Of a DNA stretch of 64,000 bases, positions 29,434-39,799 are shown piece by piece. The notes under the pieces were generated by a model that was not told where the DNA came from, ran no database searches, and worked only from the letters and a program-made list of their open reading frames with translations. The DNA comes from a virus. The stretch spans positions 84,451-148,450 of IMG/VR virus record IMGVR_UViG_3300050144_000109; one strand, written 5' to 3'. The position numbers were made by a program, and so were the translations under genes. The first letter of the stretch is position 1; every line of letters begins with the position of its first letter.

Positions 29434-30189
29434 TTATTTCCACTTACTGAAGTGCGGCGCATTGTCCTGTGTGATTCTCCAACCCAATGACTGGAACAGC
29501 TCCAAACCAAAACCTTTGCTGGACTCAGTCGCCACATTGTTCACCAAAGGCTTCACCGTACTCATGAAGTGTGATTTCTCAAACTCCATGTCCACGTAAG
29601 ATTCCAGTCCAGGTGCTCGGTACTTGCGTGCCACTGCCAAGCCAGACTCAATCACTGCATCAAACGTCACAATCGTTCTCAGAATGCGCTGCTTGGTACC
29701 ACCTGTCCAAGAATCCTCAGTGAACGCACGAATAGAAAAACAAGTATTGTCTTTCGGGTTGTTGAACGAGTCCTCCAGAGCAGGACCAAACGGACCAGTC
29801 GGCCTCACTTTGGCCATGATCGCAATGATGGGCTTGCCACTCTCATCCTTGATGGAAGTCGCATCCAACCAAATCTCAGACAAGTGTGCTGCCACATTCT
29901 GCTCTTCAATGGTCATGACGCGGTTGGCATACTGCTCTTGTGTCATGCCAGGCAAAGGCTTCGGGTGCCCCATCTCGCTTTTCAAGACACCGGCTTTGAC
30001 ACGCCGCATGAACGTAGAAGAAGATTCAAACAAATCCTTGGCACCTTCATACGTGTAGTATTCACCAGACGAGTTGAACACATTCAAAGCACCCACAGGG
30101 AACTCACGGTAGCCGTTTTCGTCCTTAGGGAGAATGCCTTGCTTACCACCTTTCAGTGCGGTACAAGAGAATCGAACTTGGTTTTGCAT
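29434..30189 (-). CDS. Prohead/head maturation serine protease (phiKZ gp175-like)
   Basis: [28 protein letters not shown] and IVTFDAV motifs; synteny. Confidence 0.88.
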   Translation of the reverse strand: MQNQVRFSCTALKGGKQGILPKDENGYREFPVGALNVFNSSGEYYTYEGAKDLFESSSTFMRRVKAGVLKSEMGHPKPLPGMTQEQYANRVMTIEEQNVAAHLSEIWLDATSIKDESGKPIIAIMAKVRPTGPFGPALEDSFNNPKDNTCFSIRAFTEDSWTGGTKQRILRTIVTFDAVIESGLAVARKYRAPGLESYVDMEFEKSHFMSTVKPLVNNVATESSKGFGLELFQSLGWRITQDNAPHFSKWK

Positions 30190-30256
30190 GACTGCGACTC
30201 ACAAAAAGTAAATGATAATAAATCAAACGGAAATACAGGTCATTTGATTAGTTTTC

Positions 30257-30303
30257 ACGGCATATACCCTCCTAGAGTGTAGAAACTCTAGGAGGGTATA
30301 TGT
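30257..30303 (-). terminator. Hairpin with TATGCCG tail
   Basis: CATATACCCTCCTAGAGT/ACTCTAGGAGGGTATATG stem. Confidence 0.7.
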
Positions 30304-30312
30304 TCTTCATAT

Positions 30313-31041
30313 TTACTTTCTGAGCAATGACTCAATACGTTCAGTTCGATCTGACGGGTTGTTCAAAGCCGCTACAATGCCAGTGGACATGTAACTACCA
30401 CCCATGCGGTTGGTCGTATTGGTAGGAGCAAACGTCACGTCTCTGAGTGAAATATAAGCAGGTGGTCTTGTCTTGACATCACTGGCTGACTTCACAGTCG
30501 AGCGATAGTACTTGGTCTTGTCTTTGGCGTCTCTGGCCACAATTGAAGCAATGAGTTCTGTGACTTCATTGTTGCTGCCGATGTTGGCACCAGCATAGTC
30601 TTTCGACGTATCAAAGATAAAAGCCAAGTCATCATAACTGAAATACCAAGGCACATTTCCCTTAGAGAAGACTTCGTCATAAATCTTAGAGACGAGGGAG
30701 TCTGTCTTCACAATAGACGTTGACTTCATTACCGTCGATCCAGCAGGGAAGATGAACTCGAAGTAATCGTCTTGATTGATCTTGACTCTCACTGTTTCAG
30801 TCGGGTCAATGTTCAACATGGCGTTCACCATGCTGATGGCATACTGAGCATCTCCCACAATGATGGCATAGAGTCCTACGATGTAGTTGTCCACACCAAT
30901 GTTGGCCAAGCCACGCTCAGCAAAGCGACAAGGCAGGTGAATCTTACAGCCTGTCTTGGTTACCACACGACCATCCGGTAGTGTCACCAGCGTCTGAATG
31001 ACCGCTTGTGGGTCTCTTTTGAGAGATGCAATATTGATCAT
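30313..31041 (-). CDS. phiKZ gp176-like virion protein (proposed vRNAP-associated)
   Basis: 242 aa; KGNVPWY and C-terminal ERIESLLR; located between protease and vRNAP beta. Confidence 0.65.
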   Translation of the reverse strand: MINIASLKRDPQAVIQTLVTLPDGRVVTKTGCKIHLPCRFAERGLANIGVDNYIVGLYAIIVGDAQYAISMVNAMLNIDPTETVRVKINQDDYFEFIFPAGSTVMKSTSIVKTDSLVSKIYDEVFSKGNVPWYFSYDDLAFIFDTSKDYAGANIGSNNEVTELIASIVARDAKDKTKYYRSTVKSASDVKTRPPAYISLRDVTFAPTNTTNRMGGSYMSTGIVAALNNPSDRTERIESLLRK

Positions 31042-31059
31042 TGTTTACTTAACCTTTTT

Positions 31060-32520
31060 TCAAAGTGACTTCACAGTCAATTGGTCTCGAACATAATCAG
31101 TGACGTACTCGATCAGTGAGAGCAGGGCTGCTTCTTTCACGTCCAGATCAGGATTCTTCGCACAAGCATCATCGATACCCTTCAGAATCTTACCAGCGTC
31201 CGTGTAGTAGAATACGCAGTCACACACCAATGTCGTTGAGAGTTCCCACAGATTGTCAAACGCTTTGTCTGAGATGTTCATGCAAACATCCACAATGCGT
31301 TTCTTGAACTCAGTGTACTCTGGCAGATTCTCATCCACTTCAGCACAGTCTTTCACTGTAGCGTAGCACCCCTTGAAGTTCTCAGCCACCAAGCGTCTAG
31401 TCCGGTTGATAGCAATCTCTCGGCAGTAGCTGTACTTCTTGTTGGCCAGCGTCGTCTGCAGCATAGCGGTGTACGCGTTCCAGCGACGCTCCAATGCAGG
31501 ACGATTCTCCTGGATCAAAGGCACGTGCAGAATCGGCGTAGGCATCAGTGTAGACGCCAGCACCATGGCATTGTTGCCACCATTCTCCACCCAAGAACGG
31601 TAGACTTCACCGATGACTGTGATCTGTGTGGGGTTGTACGTCTTGATGAGAAGCTGTGTCTTGACAAAAGACTCGTACTCTTCAATGGCAAACACCAGTC
31701 GCGCTGCTGCTTCTGACTTCAAAGCAAATAGATTTTGGTTGAAGTTACCGCGAGAGATTTGACTGCCAGCATCCGGCGTATCGTGCAGCTTTTCACACAG
31801 CAAGAACACGGCCAAACACACATCCAAACCATCTGCACCCAGCTTCAGAGATTGGAAATCACTTCCATTGGGCTGACCAGTAAAACAAGAAGTCCACACC
31901 AGTTGCAGGAAAGCATCCCCCTTGGTAGCATACCAGTTGGTAAGTTCTTTATCCAAACCAAACTGTGAAACCGTCATGAGTTCTTTGAGCTCAGTGGGTG
32001 ACTTATCACCAAACCCACACTGCACGTACCTGACGGTCGTGACCGGCTTGTTCTTATAAGCTTGCAGCTCTTCACGCAGACCAGCGTCTGTCAAAGGAAC
32101 AGGCAGATCGTACGTGACAATCTTGGTGTCTTTGTAGGGATCCAGTTGAATAGAAGAGACGTCCTTCTTGATTTCTTCAGCCAGCTCTTCAATCAGAGGG
32201 CGCACCACGTTCTTGGCAAACGAGATGTGTTGACGAACATACTTGGCGATGCTCATCTTCAGAGCATCCAGCTTCTCAGTATGTGGAACAACTTCACCGC
32301 GGCTACTACCACCAAAGTTGTTGGAAGCTCCCACGATCAAATTCACAGAAGGATCATACTGCTTGGCTGCGCCAGAAACAGACTGCTCTCCCAGCTTCAA
32401 GAAGTTGCAAGCAACCAGCTCTCCCACAGGCGTGCCAGCTTGTGCACCCACTTGCAGGCCACGTGCATCAAACTCTTGTGTCAGTAAAATAGCTGCAGTG
32501 ACAGCGGTGTCATGAATCAT
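31060..32520 (-). CDS. phiKZ gp177-like head/ejection protein
   Basis: 486 aa, helical; synteny. Confidence 0.6.
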   Translation of the reverse strand: MIHDTAVTAAILLTQEFDARGLQVGAQAGTPVGELVACNFLKLGEQSVSGAAKQYDPSVNLIVGASNNFGGSSRGEVVPHTEKLDALKMSIAKYVRQHISFAKNVVRPLIEELAEEIKKDVSSIQLDPYKDTKIVTYDLPVPLTDAGLREELQAYKNKPVTTVRYVQCGFGDKSPTELKELMTVSQFGLDKELTNWYATKGDAFLQLVWTSCFTGQPNGSDFQSLKLGADGLDVCLAVFLLCEKLHDTPDAGSQISRGNFNQNLFALKSEAAARLVFAIEEYESFVKTQLLIKTYNPTQITVIGEVYRSWVENGGNNAMVLASTLMPTPILHVPLIQENRPALERRWNAYTAMLQTTLANKKYSYCREIAINRTRRLVAENFKGCYATVKDCAEVDENLPEYTEFKKRIVDVCMNISDKAFDNLWELSTTLVCDCVFYYTDAGKILKGIDDACAKNPDLDVKEAALLSLIEYVTDYVRDQLTVKSL

Positions 32521-32557
32521 GATCAGTACTCTTTTCTTTTGGTTGATTTAAAAGGGA

Positions 32558-32761
32558 TTACTGCTTAGCAGACTGGCTAAGGTAAGTGGAGAAGTTGCGT
32601 GCCAGACGCGATGACACAATATTGTCCATGCTCGCACGACTCACCACGGAGCCGTTGAGCATGTCAGAGACTTCATTGCCAGCGACTTCACTGATGATTT
32701 CTGTGGCCAGCTCGATGGCATTGGCCAGCGCCATGACTGTGTTTTCACTTTGAGGAGACAT
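32558..32761 (-). CDS. Small hypothetical protein between the gp177-like and gp178-like genes
   Basis: 67 aa from ATG at 32761; the longer ORF-track start lies inside a terminator. Confidence 0.55.
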   Translation of the reverse strand: MSPQSENTVMALANAIELATEIISEVAGNEVSDMLNGSVVSRASMDNIVSSRLARNFSTYLSQSAKQ

Positions 32762-32841
32762 GGTAGTCGACTTTCTTGGATTGGAAAAAAGAGAAGATAG
32801 TTTGCCTGTAAAGCAGCTCAAAGAATGAACGCCTATATAAA

Positions 32842-32904
32842 AGACATAAAAGAAGTACTCCATGCTACCAGCCGCTTACACGGTTTGGTAGCATGGAGTA
32901 CTTT
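32842..32904 (-). terminator. Hairpin after vRNAP beta, with TTTTATGTC tail
   Basis: AAGTACTCCATGCTACCA/TGGTAGCATGGAGTACTT stem. Confidence 0.75.
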
Positions 32905-32915
32905 AAGTCAGTTTG

Positions 32916-34034
32916 TTATTTGTTGTAGATTTCAATCGCTCGCTTGGCAATCACTTCCAATAAGGTATTGGTCGTGCCAATCAGCGCAGGGGAGTTCACA
33001 ATCCGGTCGTCCACTGAACGAGCTCCGAAGATGGCATCGATGGTAGAGCCTTCTTCTGTGATGTAGTCACCTTCCATTACTTCAGAGAACACCGTCTTCA
33101 ACTGGTTTGCAAACACACCTTTATCACCCACACCAGCACTCACGTTGGAGGTGATGTAAACCTTGATGCACACGCAGTCCAATCCAAGAGGAGTGCCGTC
33201 GATTCTGAATCCACCGTCTACACTCCCGGTGAATGCTTTCCTGTTCAAAGACTTGGCTTTGTCTCTGAATTGCTTGTCACTGGCAGTACAGAGCGTCTGC
33301 AATGATTCACTCATGTCTTCTTTGTCACCATGGTAGTAGACTTCAATTCTCTCGATGATCCCCTTCACGCCTGCTTTTGGAGTTTGTGATCCCACCACCT
33401 TGAGGGTATCTAACGTGGCTTCGTCAAACACTTTGGCATTGGCTGTGATGCTGTCCTGAACGATGCAAAGAATAGAATCATAGTCTACTCGGTCACCAGG
33501 CTTCATGATTCTAGAAACAGTTTGTTCGAAATCCACCACGATCTGTTTGACTTTGGTGGTTTTGGTCTTGAGCTTTTCTGCAATTCTGGGAGAGATGCAA
33601 GAAGCGTCTTCTAGCGTCTGGGTAGACTCCCAAAGTGCTGTCTTGACGTTGACTGCATTCTTCCAGATCACTCGCTTGTTGTTGAAAGCATCAGGTTCAA
33701 AGAAACCTGTGTTGTAGAGAATAGCATCCCCTACTGCAATCTTGTCTCCTGCTTTTAAAGGGGAGTGGATCTCATGTGGAATGACCAAGCCTGCTGCGTT
33801 GCCGTAGCGCCTACCTAATTCATACCCTTTGACTTCCTTGTCATCGTATTCAACAATGATGCCCTTGTCTGTGATGGACTGCACCACACCTGGCTTCTTG
33901 GCAGTGATGGCAAACACGTCTTCACTGCGGTCAGCCACGATGTTCTCGTACCCCGTGCGCAGTGTAGGCTGATGGTACCCATCACAAGCAATCGAATGCG
34001 ATTGCTGAATGGCCACAAAGTTGACTCGTTTTCC
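32916..34034 (-). CDS. rpoB: Virion RNA polymerase beta subunit (phiKZ gp178-like), exon 3
   Basis: GKRVNFVAIQQSH, RTGYE, TLEDA, GVGDKGVFANQLKTV; in frame with exon 2 after intron removal. Confidence 0.88.
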   Translation of the reverse strand, partial: GKRVNFVAIQQSHSIACDGYHQPTLRTGYENIVADRSEDVFAITAKKPGVVQSITDKGIIVEYDDKEVKGYELGRRYGNAAGLVIPHEIHSPLKAGDKIAVGDAILYNTGFFEPDAFNNKRVIWKNAVNVKTALWESTQTLEDASCISPRIAEKLKTKTTKVKQIVVDFEQTVSRIMKPGDRVDYDSILCIVQDSITANAKVFDEATLDTLKVVGSQTPKAGVKGIIERIEVYYHGDKEDMSESLQTLCTASDKQFRDKAKSLNRKAFTGSVDGGFRIDGTPLGLDCVCIKVYITSNVSAGVGDKGVFANQLKTVFSEVMEGDYITEEGSTIDAIFGARSVDDRIVNSPALIGTTNTLLEVIAKRAIEIYNK

Positions 34035-34369
34035 CGTGGTGTTCAGCCGTGTTCGCTAGACACGACCCGTGCGTTTAAGCACCGCTCATGGGTTTCCCAT
34101 GAGACCAGACTATCTCTTCTTCCTTTTGTTCAAGGGAGCTTCCTGTTTCCTCGCCGCTTGGCAAGTACGGGGTGATAAATCCCCTAGTCGTTGAACTCGC
34201 ACCATAGACTTGTAGTCCTTAGGTGATCAGCTGCTGATTGCCCAATCTCGGTGATTTTCAAACCTTGGCTTTGTCTTTCGACTCGCAGTGGTTCACCAGA
34301 GCTCTACAGGACTTCCCAGCAATTAAGGAAGATTCACTGTACCTTCTCAAGTACAGCGGACTAATGTTA
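34035..34369 (-). ncRNA. Group I self-splicing intron (IA2-like), 335 nt, no ORF
   Basis: P AATTGCTGGGAA, Q CAATCAGCAG, R GTTCAACGACTA, S AAGAGATAGTCT; P3 CTTCCT/AGGAAG; 5' site GAT|TAA with U.G pair in P1 (GAUUA/UAGUC); terminal G. Confidence 0.92.
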
Positions 34370-35800
34370 ATCATCACGATCTGAAAATGGCGCCAGCAGT
34401 GCTGAGGTAGATACCAAGGAAGTGGCACCGTCCTTGGCCATGTCAAAGTCAGTAGACGTCCCTAACAATGAATTAAACTTAGGGTTTGCAGACAGGTACA
34501 CATTGATGGCCACGTCAGATGAGTCTACAGTAGACTCCGACACCGTACCCATGTCGTTTCTATGGTAAGCGCGTGTATGTTTGACCATGCTGACTTTACT
34601 GCGGCCACCCACACCTGCATACGTCACTGCTTCGACTTCTTTCAAAGCTTCAATTGGATTAATCTCGTTGGTCTGTGATTTAGAAGGATCTTCTACAATC
34701 TTCTTCCAGACTGCGTACGGGTTCATCTCAATCTTCTTATTAGACTTGCCCAATGATCCATTGTGTTGTCTGAGCGACTGGATGATCTCTGAGTACACAG
34801 CACCAGAGATTCTCTCATAACCCTTGATTCTCATCTCACGAGGATCCAGTTCATCAGGATGTTTGTCATCCAGCAGCATCTCGCAAGCTTTCAACAACAG
34901 GCCTTGGAATGTCTCTGGTAATTTCAATTGCTCCAAGAGTTGCTTGGTGATGGGATCAATGAACATCTGGTTCATCAAGTCCATCTCTCTCAAGTACCGT
35001 GCTGAAAGCTTATTCGATTCCAGCAAGTTCAAGTAAATCGCACGTTTGTCAAAACTGTACACTGAGAACAAACGAATGACTCTGTGGTAGTCTAAGAAGC
35101 CACCCAACACCATGGCAGCAATTCTGTCGTCTCTAGAGAACACCAAAGTCTCATCGGAGAACACCAGTGCATACTCACTAGGTTCCAGTGACACTCGCTT
35201 ACCTGCTTCTACCCGTCTAGGGGTTACACGCAAAGACTTCATGAGTTCTGTGAAACCCATGTAGTATGCCAACACCACGCCTACAGGAACATCCTTACCA
35301 AACACACCCACTTCAGCAAACTCAACAGGTGAGAAATCAGTAGGAATATTCAGAAACGATTCCAGTGTCCCAGCAGGCGTCATGGCTTCACCTACCAAAG
35401 TGTAGAGTGCGCCCATGCTGTCTAGTACCAAGTAAGCACCTTTCAAGTTCATGCCTACCAGCAAGTTGCCTTGCTTGATGGTTTTCTCATAGAGCACAGG
35501 GTCTGCCAACTTTTGCATGGTCTCTTGTTCAAAGTAAAGCGTGTACCCCTTTGTAACAATGGACTTGAAACTGGTCGAGATGGCAGTGTAAGCTCTGGGT
35601 GCTTTGAGAGAAGGATCAAACACATCTGCAGGTGTGACTTGTGACAAGTCCTTGTCTTCTTGAGACAAAGCTTTGGTCATGATCTTGGCATTGAGCCAAG
35701 CACCGTAGTCATGTGTCTTCTTTCTTCCTCTGGTCACAAACGTCTTGCCAAAGTAACTTGTCATGGCTACTCGGTTAGGCGCTAGTTTTCTTAAGGGGAG
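34370..35800 (-). CDS. rpoB: Virion RNA polymerase beta subunit (phiKZ gp178-like), exon 2
   Basis: LPLRKLAPNRVAMTSYFGK, RIKGYER, TYAGVGGRS, SESTVDSSDVA; ends SDRDD. Confidence 0.88.
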
Positions 35801-36245
35801 CATCCCTTACAATGGACCATATCACCACCCTCTCAAAATCTTTGAGTTAGGGTGCCTACCGTTTCGGCTGTTGAGTTTCATCAACAGAATCATTGCTGAT
35901 TACGCATATCGAGATGCGCCCTACTCTACTCGCTTTAATCGCTTCATTCAAGCAACCACCTGACTTTATACAGATGTGATTATCCAGCACCAAAAAGCAC
36001 CAGAATAGCTTTCGATGGCCTCTGAGCACACTCCGTATACCACAAGGATACCTTAGGAGCTTCGCTGCGGATCATGTCTTTTAACAACGTTTTAACCAAG
36101 CCTGATTGGATCATTACCCGACAGGTATTGCACTACGTTTCCATGTGCAAGTGGTAGCTGTTAAAATTTTAAGACGTTTTCCCGCACTTAGGTAGGTTTT
36201 CTTTTACCGTATTTCTACGAGTAAGGGGACCATGCTTGGCTTTTA
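35801..36245 (-). ncRNA. Group I self-splicing intron (IA-type), 445 nt, no ORF
   Basis: P1 GGGGAU/GUCCCC with U.G at the splice site; P AAGTGCGGGAA, Q GATCCGCAG, R CTCAGAGGCCA, S GATATGGTCC; P3 CCTACC/GGTAGG; terminal G. Confidence 0.9.
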
Positions 36246-38021
36246 ATCCCCGCGCTGTTTACGCATCCGGTACTTCGTACCAGAAGCTTCGAAGGTACCG
36301 TCCTCTTGAATCTTAGGAATCTTGAACTTGATCGTACTGGGAGCACCCTCCACAGGAATCAGCTTCACCGTGTGGTCCTCATAAGAGCCCATGATGTCTT
36401 CAGTCAGCTCAATCTGATAGTCTGCAACAGCCACCCCAGCTTTTTGAATCTGAGTGACCATGGATGCAGTATGTCTAGGCAGAATCTCTTTGATGTACTG
36501 CTTGTCAAACCCCACCAGTGTACTGGACAACATGGTCTTGTCCACCACTGTTTTCTCATCCAAGAAGCTCTGGGTCTTCTTCAGAATCAATTGCTCAGGA
36601 CTCACCTGAATCTGCTCACCCAAAGTCCCTTCACCATAAGGGTTCTTGATGTTCTTATAAGCCCCAGCCAAAGCAGTGAAGCGCTTGTACTCACCAGCCG
36701 TCAGTAAGCCGTCATCAGCCAATCTTTCACATACATCCAACACCCCCTTCTCCAAAGGGGCGTCCTTGACTGCCATGATGGTTCTAAAGTCCACACCGGA
36801 AGACTCCACTTCTAAGTCAGACTTGTGGGCAATCTCGTTGAGCGCAGCAAGTTCCTCATCGAGAATTCGTTCTTCCTCAACCATCCTCGCTTTCTTCTGC
36901 TCAGGCGTTTCGTCTTCTTCCTCTTTGTCTAACTCTTCCACTGATTTGAGTTGTACATCAAACGCAGTATTGAGCTGCTTCTTACCCAAGATAGAGTTAC
37001 TGTCTTCATCAACGGCAGGAAAGTCAAACTCTCCATTGTCCATTGCATCAGTCTCCATGTCAGACTTGTTCTGCAAGACGCCTGCGACTCCTTTGGCGTC
37101 CTGAGCGTCAGAGGTGTTCGCAGTCGCAGTGCGCGCTTCCATGACCCGCATCAGAAAACGAAGAAAGCGTTTCTGTACTTGCTCAGCCCCTACAGCACCG
37201 GGCAATACCACTTGAGCTGTATTCTCAGGCGTGTTCTCTTTGTTCTCATCTAGCGCATTCAGTCTGAAAGCATCCAGATACCCTAGATTGATCAACGTCC
37301 ACTTGCCAGTTTCTTGGTGCACCAAGTTGATCAGGTGAAGTTTGTTCCGAGGAATCTTAGAGAACAGACTCGTCTCACGGTCAGGACCTAACCACTTCCA
37401 AAGCTCCAATACCATCCAAGAGTTGACATCGTTGAAAATCTTCAGCAAAGGCTGAGATATGTTCTTGCTGGCAGCGTCTAGCTGAGCGATGCTAGGAAGG
37501 ATCTTAGGAATGCCGCAGAGCAGGTACTGGTTCGATTCTACCAATGAAGCTACATTCGCCATCTCACGTGTGATCGCAGCGAATGTGTTGTGCCACTTGT
37601 AATACTCCGTGAAGACAGCCCGCACGTAGCGGTAGTTCTTTGCAATGAGACAGTAGTTGTAGCAGATGAGAGTCTGCTGGTCTTTGGCTGTAGACTCTAG
37701 TGCACGCAACTGTCGCAGTCTGCGGTTCTTGTTGAGAAGCTCTCTCAGGAGTGTGCCTTCTGAGATGACTAGTTTTCTAGGAGGGCCTAACTCATCACCA
37801 ACTTCATTGACGTTGTGCAGGAAGATGGATTTGGTCTGCCCGTTGAAGATGAACTCGTCTGGTTCAGGACCCAGTGCAATTCCGTCGTAAGTGACATGGT
37901 GGTAGAGACTTCTGAGGGGCAAGCTCAAGTCTTTCAGGTCGTGCAAGATAGGTGTCATCAACAGTGAGAGCGTGCGGACACCGTACTTTCTAAAGTAGAT
38001 GGCTTGATTCAGAGTGGTCAT
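36246..38021 (-). CDS. rpoB: Virion RNA polymerase beta subunit (phiKZ gp178-like), exon 1
   Basis: 592 aa ending DGTFEASGTKYRMRKQRGD; spliced product is 592+477+372 = 1441 aa. Confidence 0.85.
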
Positions 38022-38022
38022 T

Positions 38023-39645
38023 TCATTCTCCTGTCAGGTTGTGTAAAACATAAGTGATCGTATCTGTGGACAAGTCTGATGTGAACTGTCCATTTGATCC
38101 TACGTAAAAAGACTTCTTTTTCAGCAGTTCATCGACCTCTTTGATGCTGTCTTCTGAGTACAAAATGATGCCACTGCTCGTGTCCCCGTCAAAATCAGCC
38201 TTCAACTTACTTAACCGACACGGGTGCGGCGATTGTGAATCAAAGGTACTGGAGCCCTTCATTGGGAATTGGTACGCTGTATGTGTGTCTCCAATGGGTT
38301 TCCAGTCCATCCCCAACTCCTTCCTGATCTCCGCCTTGATGGTACTCTTCAGATACACTTTCGAAGGATACGTACTGCGATCAGATTCAATCGGGTAGCG
38401 TGTCACCAGCATGGGGTACCGTGAAGACGTCTGGTACACACTCGCATAAAAGAACTCTGTGAACGTCGTCGGTGTGCAGTGCTCAGCACTCCTACCCTCA
38501 GGCAAGTCAGAAATACCATGGATCAACTTGAACGTACCGTCTGGTCCCCGGTAGGTCAATCCTAAGTAATACCCATAAATCACAATGGGCTCATCCCGCA
38601 CAGAAGGCTCACGGTAAATGTTGATGAGCTTTTCAATGCCTTCGTTGGTCATCCATCTGTCAAAGATGTCATAACTCAAATGCACACGCTCTGACTCCAG
38701 TGTCTTTTTGTTCACCAAGAGTGCAGGTGCTGAAGGTGAGGAGAATACTTCAGAGAGGAATCCGTTTCTCAGCAAGGTGCGTGCTACAGGAAGAATGCCT
38801 TTGAGGTATTGGAAGATACCGATCGCTGTATCGTTGATGCCAATGTTGCCAGGCGCTCCCACCACAGAGACAGTGGTGTCCATGGCTGTGATCACGTTTC
38901 TGGTGGTATTGAAGATCTTTCTAGACGCCCACTTGCCCATGAACAGATTGGATTTACCTTCTACGAGTTTGAGGAACGCATCGTAGATCTGGTTGAAGGT
39001 GTTTTGCATGCCCATGCGCTGGCCATTGTAGGCTTCTGGAGCAGCTTTGAGTGCACCTTCATTGATGGTATTGGCTGTGGCCAGGAGTTTATAGTAAAGA
39101 GAATTGACTTCATCCGAAGACTCTCTACCATTGTCATCAATTTCTATGTCACGGTAGCCTGCTGGGATGACATAGATCTTGTCCAGTAAAGCTTTGTCTT
39201 GATACGTTTTGATGAGTTTGATGTTTTCTTGTCGTTGCTGAGAAGGCGTAGTTTGATATTGGATTTCTTTGAAATGGTCAATGAAGAATTGATAGCCTGT
39301 TTGACCTTCTAGTGCATTGGACTTGACGAAGTCTTTGGTTTGCTTATCGAAGACTGCAAACTCTCTACCGGAGAGGATGTCCAGGTAGAGGGATTTGATC
39401 TGTCCTAAAGCTTTGAAGATGATTGGATGGATGATGGATACCTTGATGTTGATCCAAGAGTATTTGATGTAGCGCGCATCGGTACCGACGACTCCGTAGA
39501 TTTCTGTGGAGTAGAGACCGTCTTTGTGGAAGTTTTTGGTCGCACCGTCGTAGATGTCGAGACTGGTGGTGGGTCTGACCATCTTGAGCACGTCTGGTGG
39601 GATGACGAGCAGATCAATGTTGAATGGGATGTCGCTGGACTTCAT
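38023..39645 (-). CDS. rpoC: Virion RNA polymerase beta' subunit, catalytic part (phiKZ gp180-like)
   Basis: Catalytic ADFDGD motif; GLYSTEIYG, GKWASR, TRNVIT and VTRYP. Confidence 0.92.
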   Translation of the reverse strand: MKSSDIPFNIDLLVIPPDVLKMVRPTTSLDIYDGATKNFHKDGLYSTEIYGVVGTDARYIKYSWINIKVSIIHPIIFKALGQIKSLYLDILSGREFAVFDKQTKDFVKSNALEGQTGYQFFIDHFKEIQYQTTPSQQRQENIKLIKTYQDKALLDKIYVIPAGYRDIEIDDNGRESSDEVNSLYYKLLATANTINEGALKAAPEAYNGQRMGMQNTFNQIYDAFLKLVEGKSNLFMGKWASRKIFNTTRNVITAMDTTVSVVGAPGNIGINDTAIGIFQYLKGILPVARTLLRNGFLSEVFSSPSAPALLVNKKTLESERVHLSYDIFDRWMTNEGIEKLINIYREPSVRDEPIVIYGYYLGLTYRGPDGTFKLIHGISDLPEGRSAEHCTPTTFTEFFYASVYQTSSRYPMLVTRYPIESDRSTYPSKVYLKSTIKAEIRKELGMDWKPIGDTHTAYQFPMKGSSTFDSQSPHPCRLSKLKADFDGDTSSGIILYSEDSIKEVDELLKKKSFYVGSNGQFTSDLSTDTITYVLHNLTGE

Positions 39646-39799
39646 GGCTGTGGAAGGGGGAAAGGGGGGTTGGGCGGAGGATAGTGGTGGTGCTACCCGA
39701 CCATGAGTTGATCAGCACTCCGAAGATCAGCCTGCTACATTGGCGATCTTTTGGTAGAGTGCTTTAACTGTTTTTACTAGCTGGTAAGGAGCGCGAGCA

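Noticed and set aside
33972-35963. Short ORFs overlapping the introns (33972..34175, 34258..34446, 35763..35963) as homing endonucleases
   Set aside because: Under 70 aa, no HNH, GIY-YIG or LAGLIDADG motifs, and they overlap ribozyme core elements.
32916-38021. Interpretation as three natural split RNAP subunits, inteins or a pseudogene
   Set aside because: Spacers begin with in-frame stops and contain group I cores, and precise removal restores conserved motifs.
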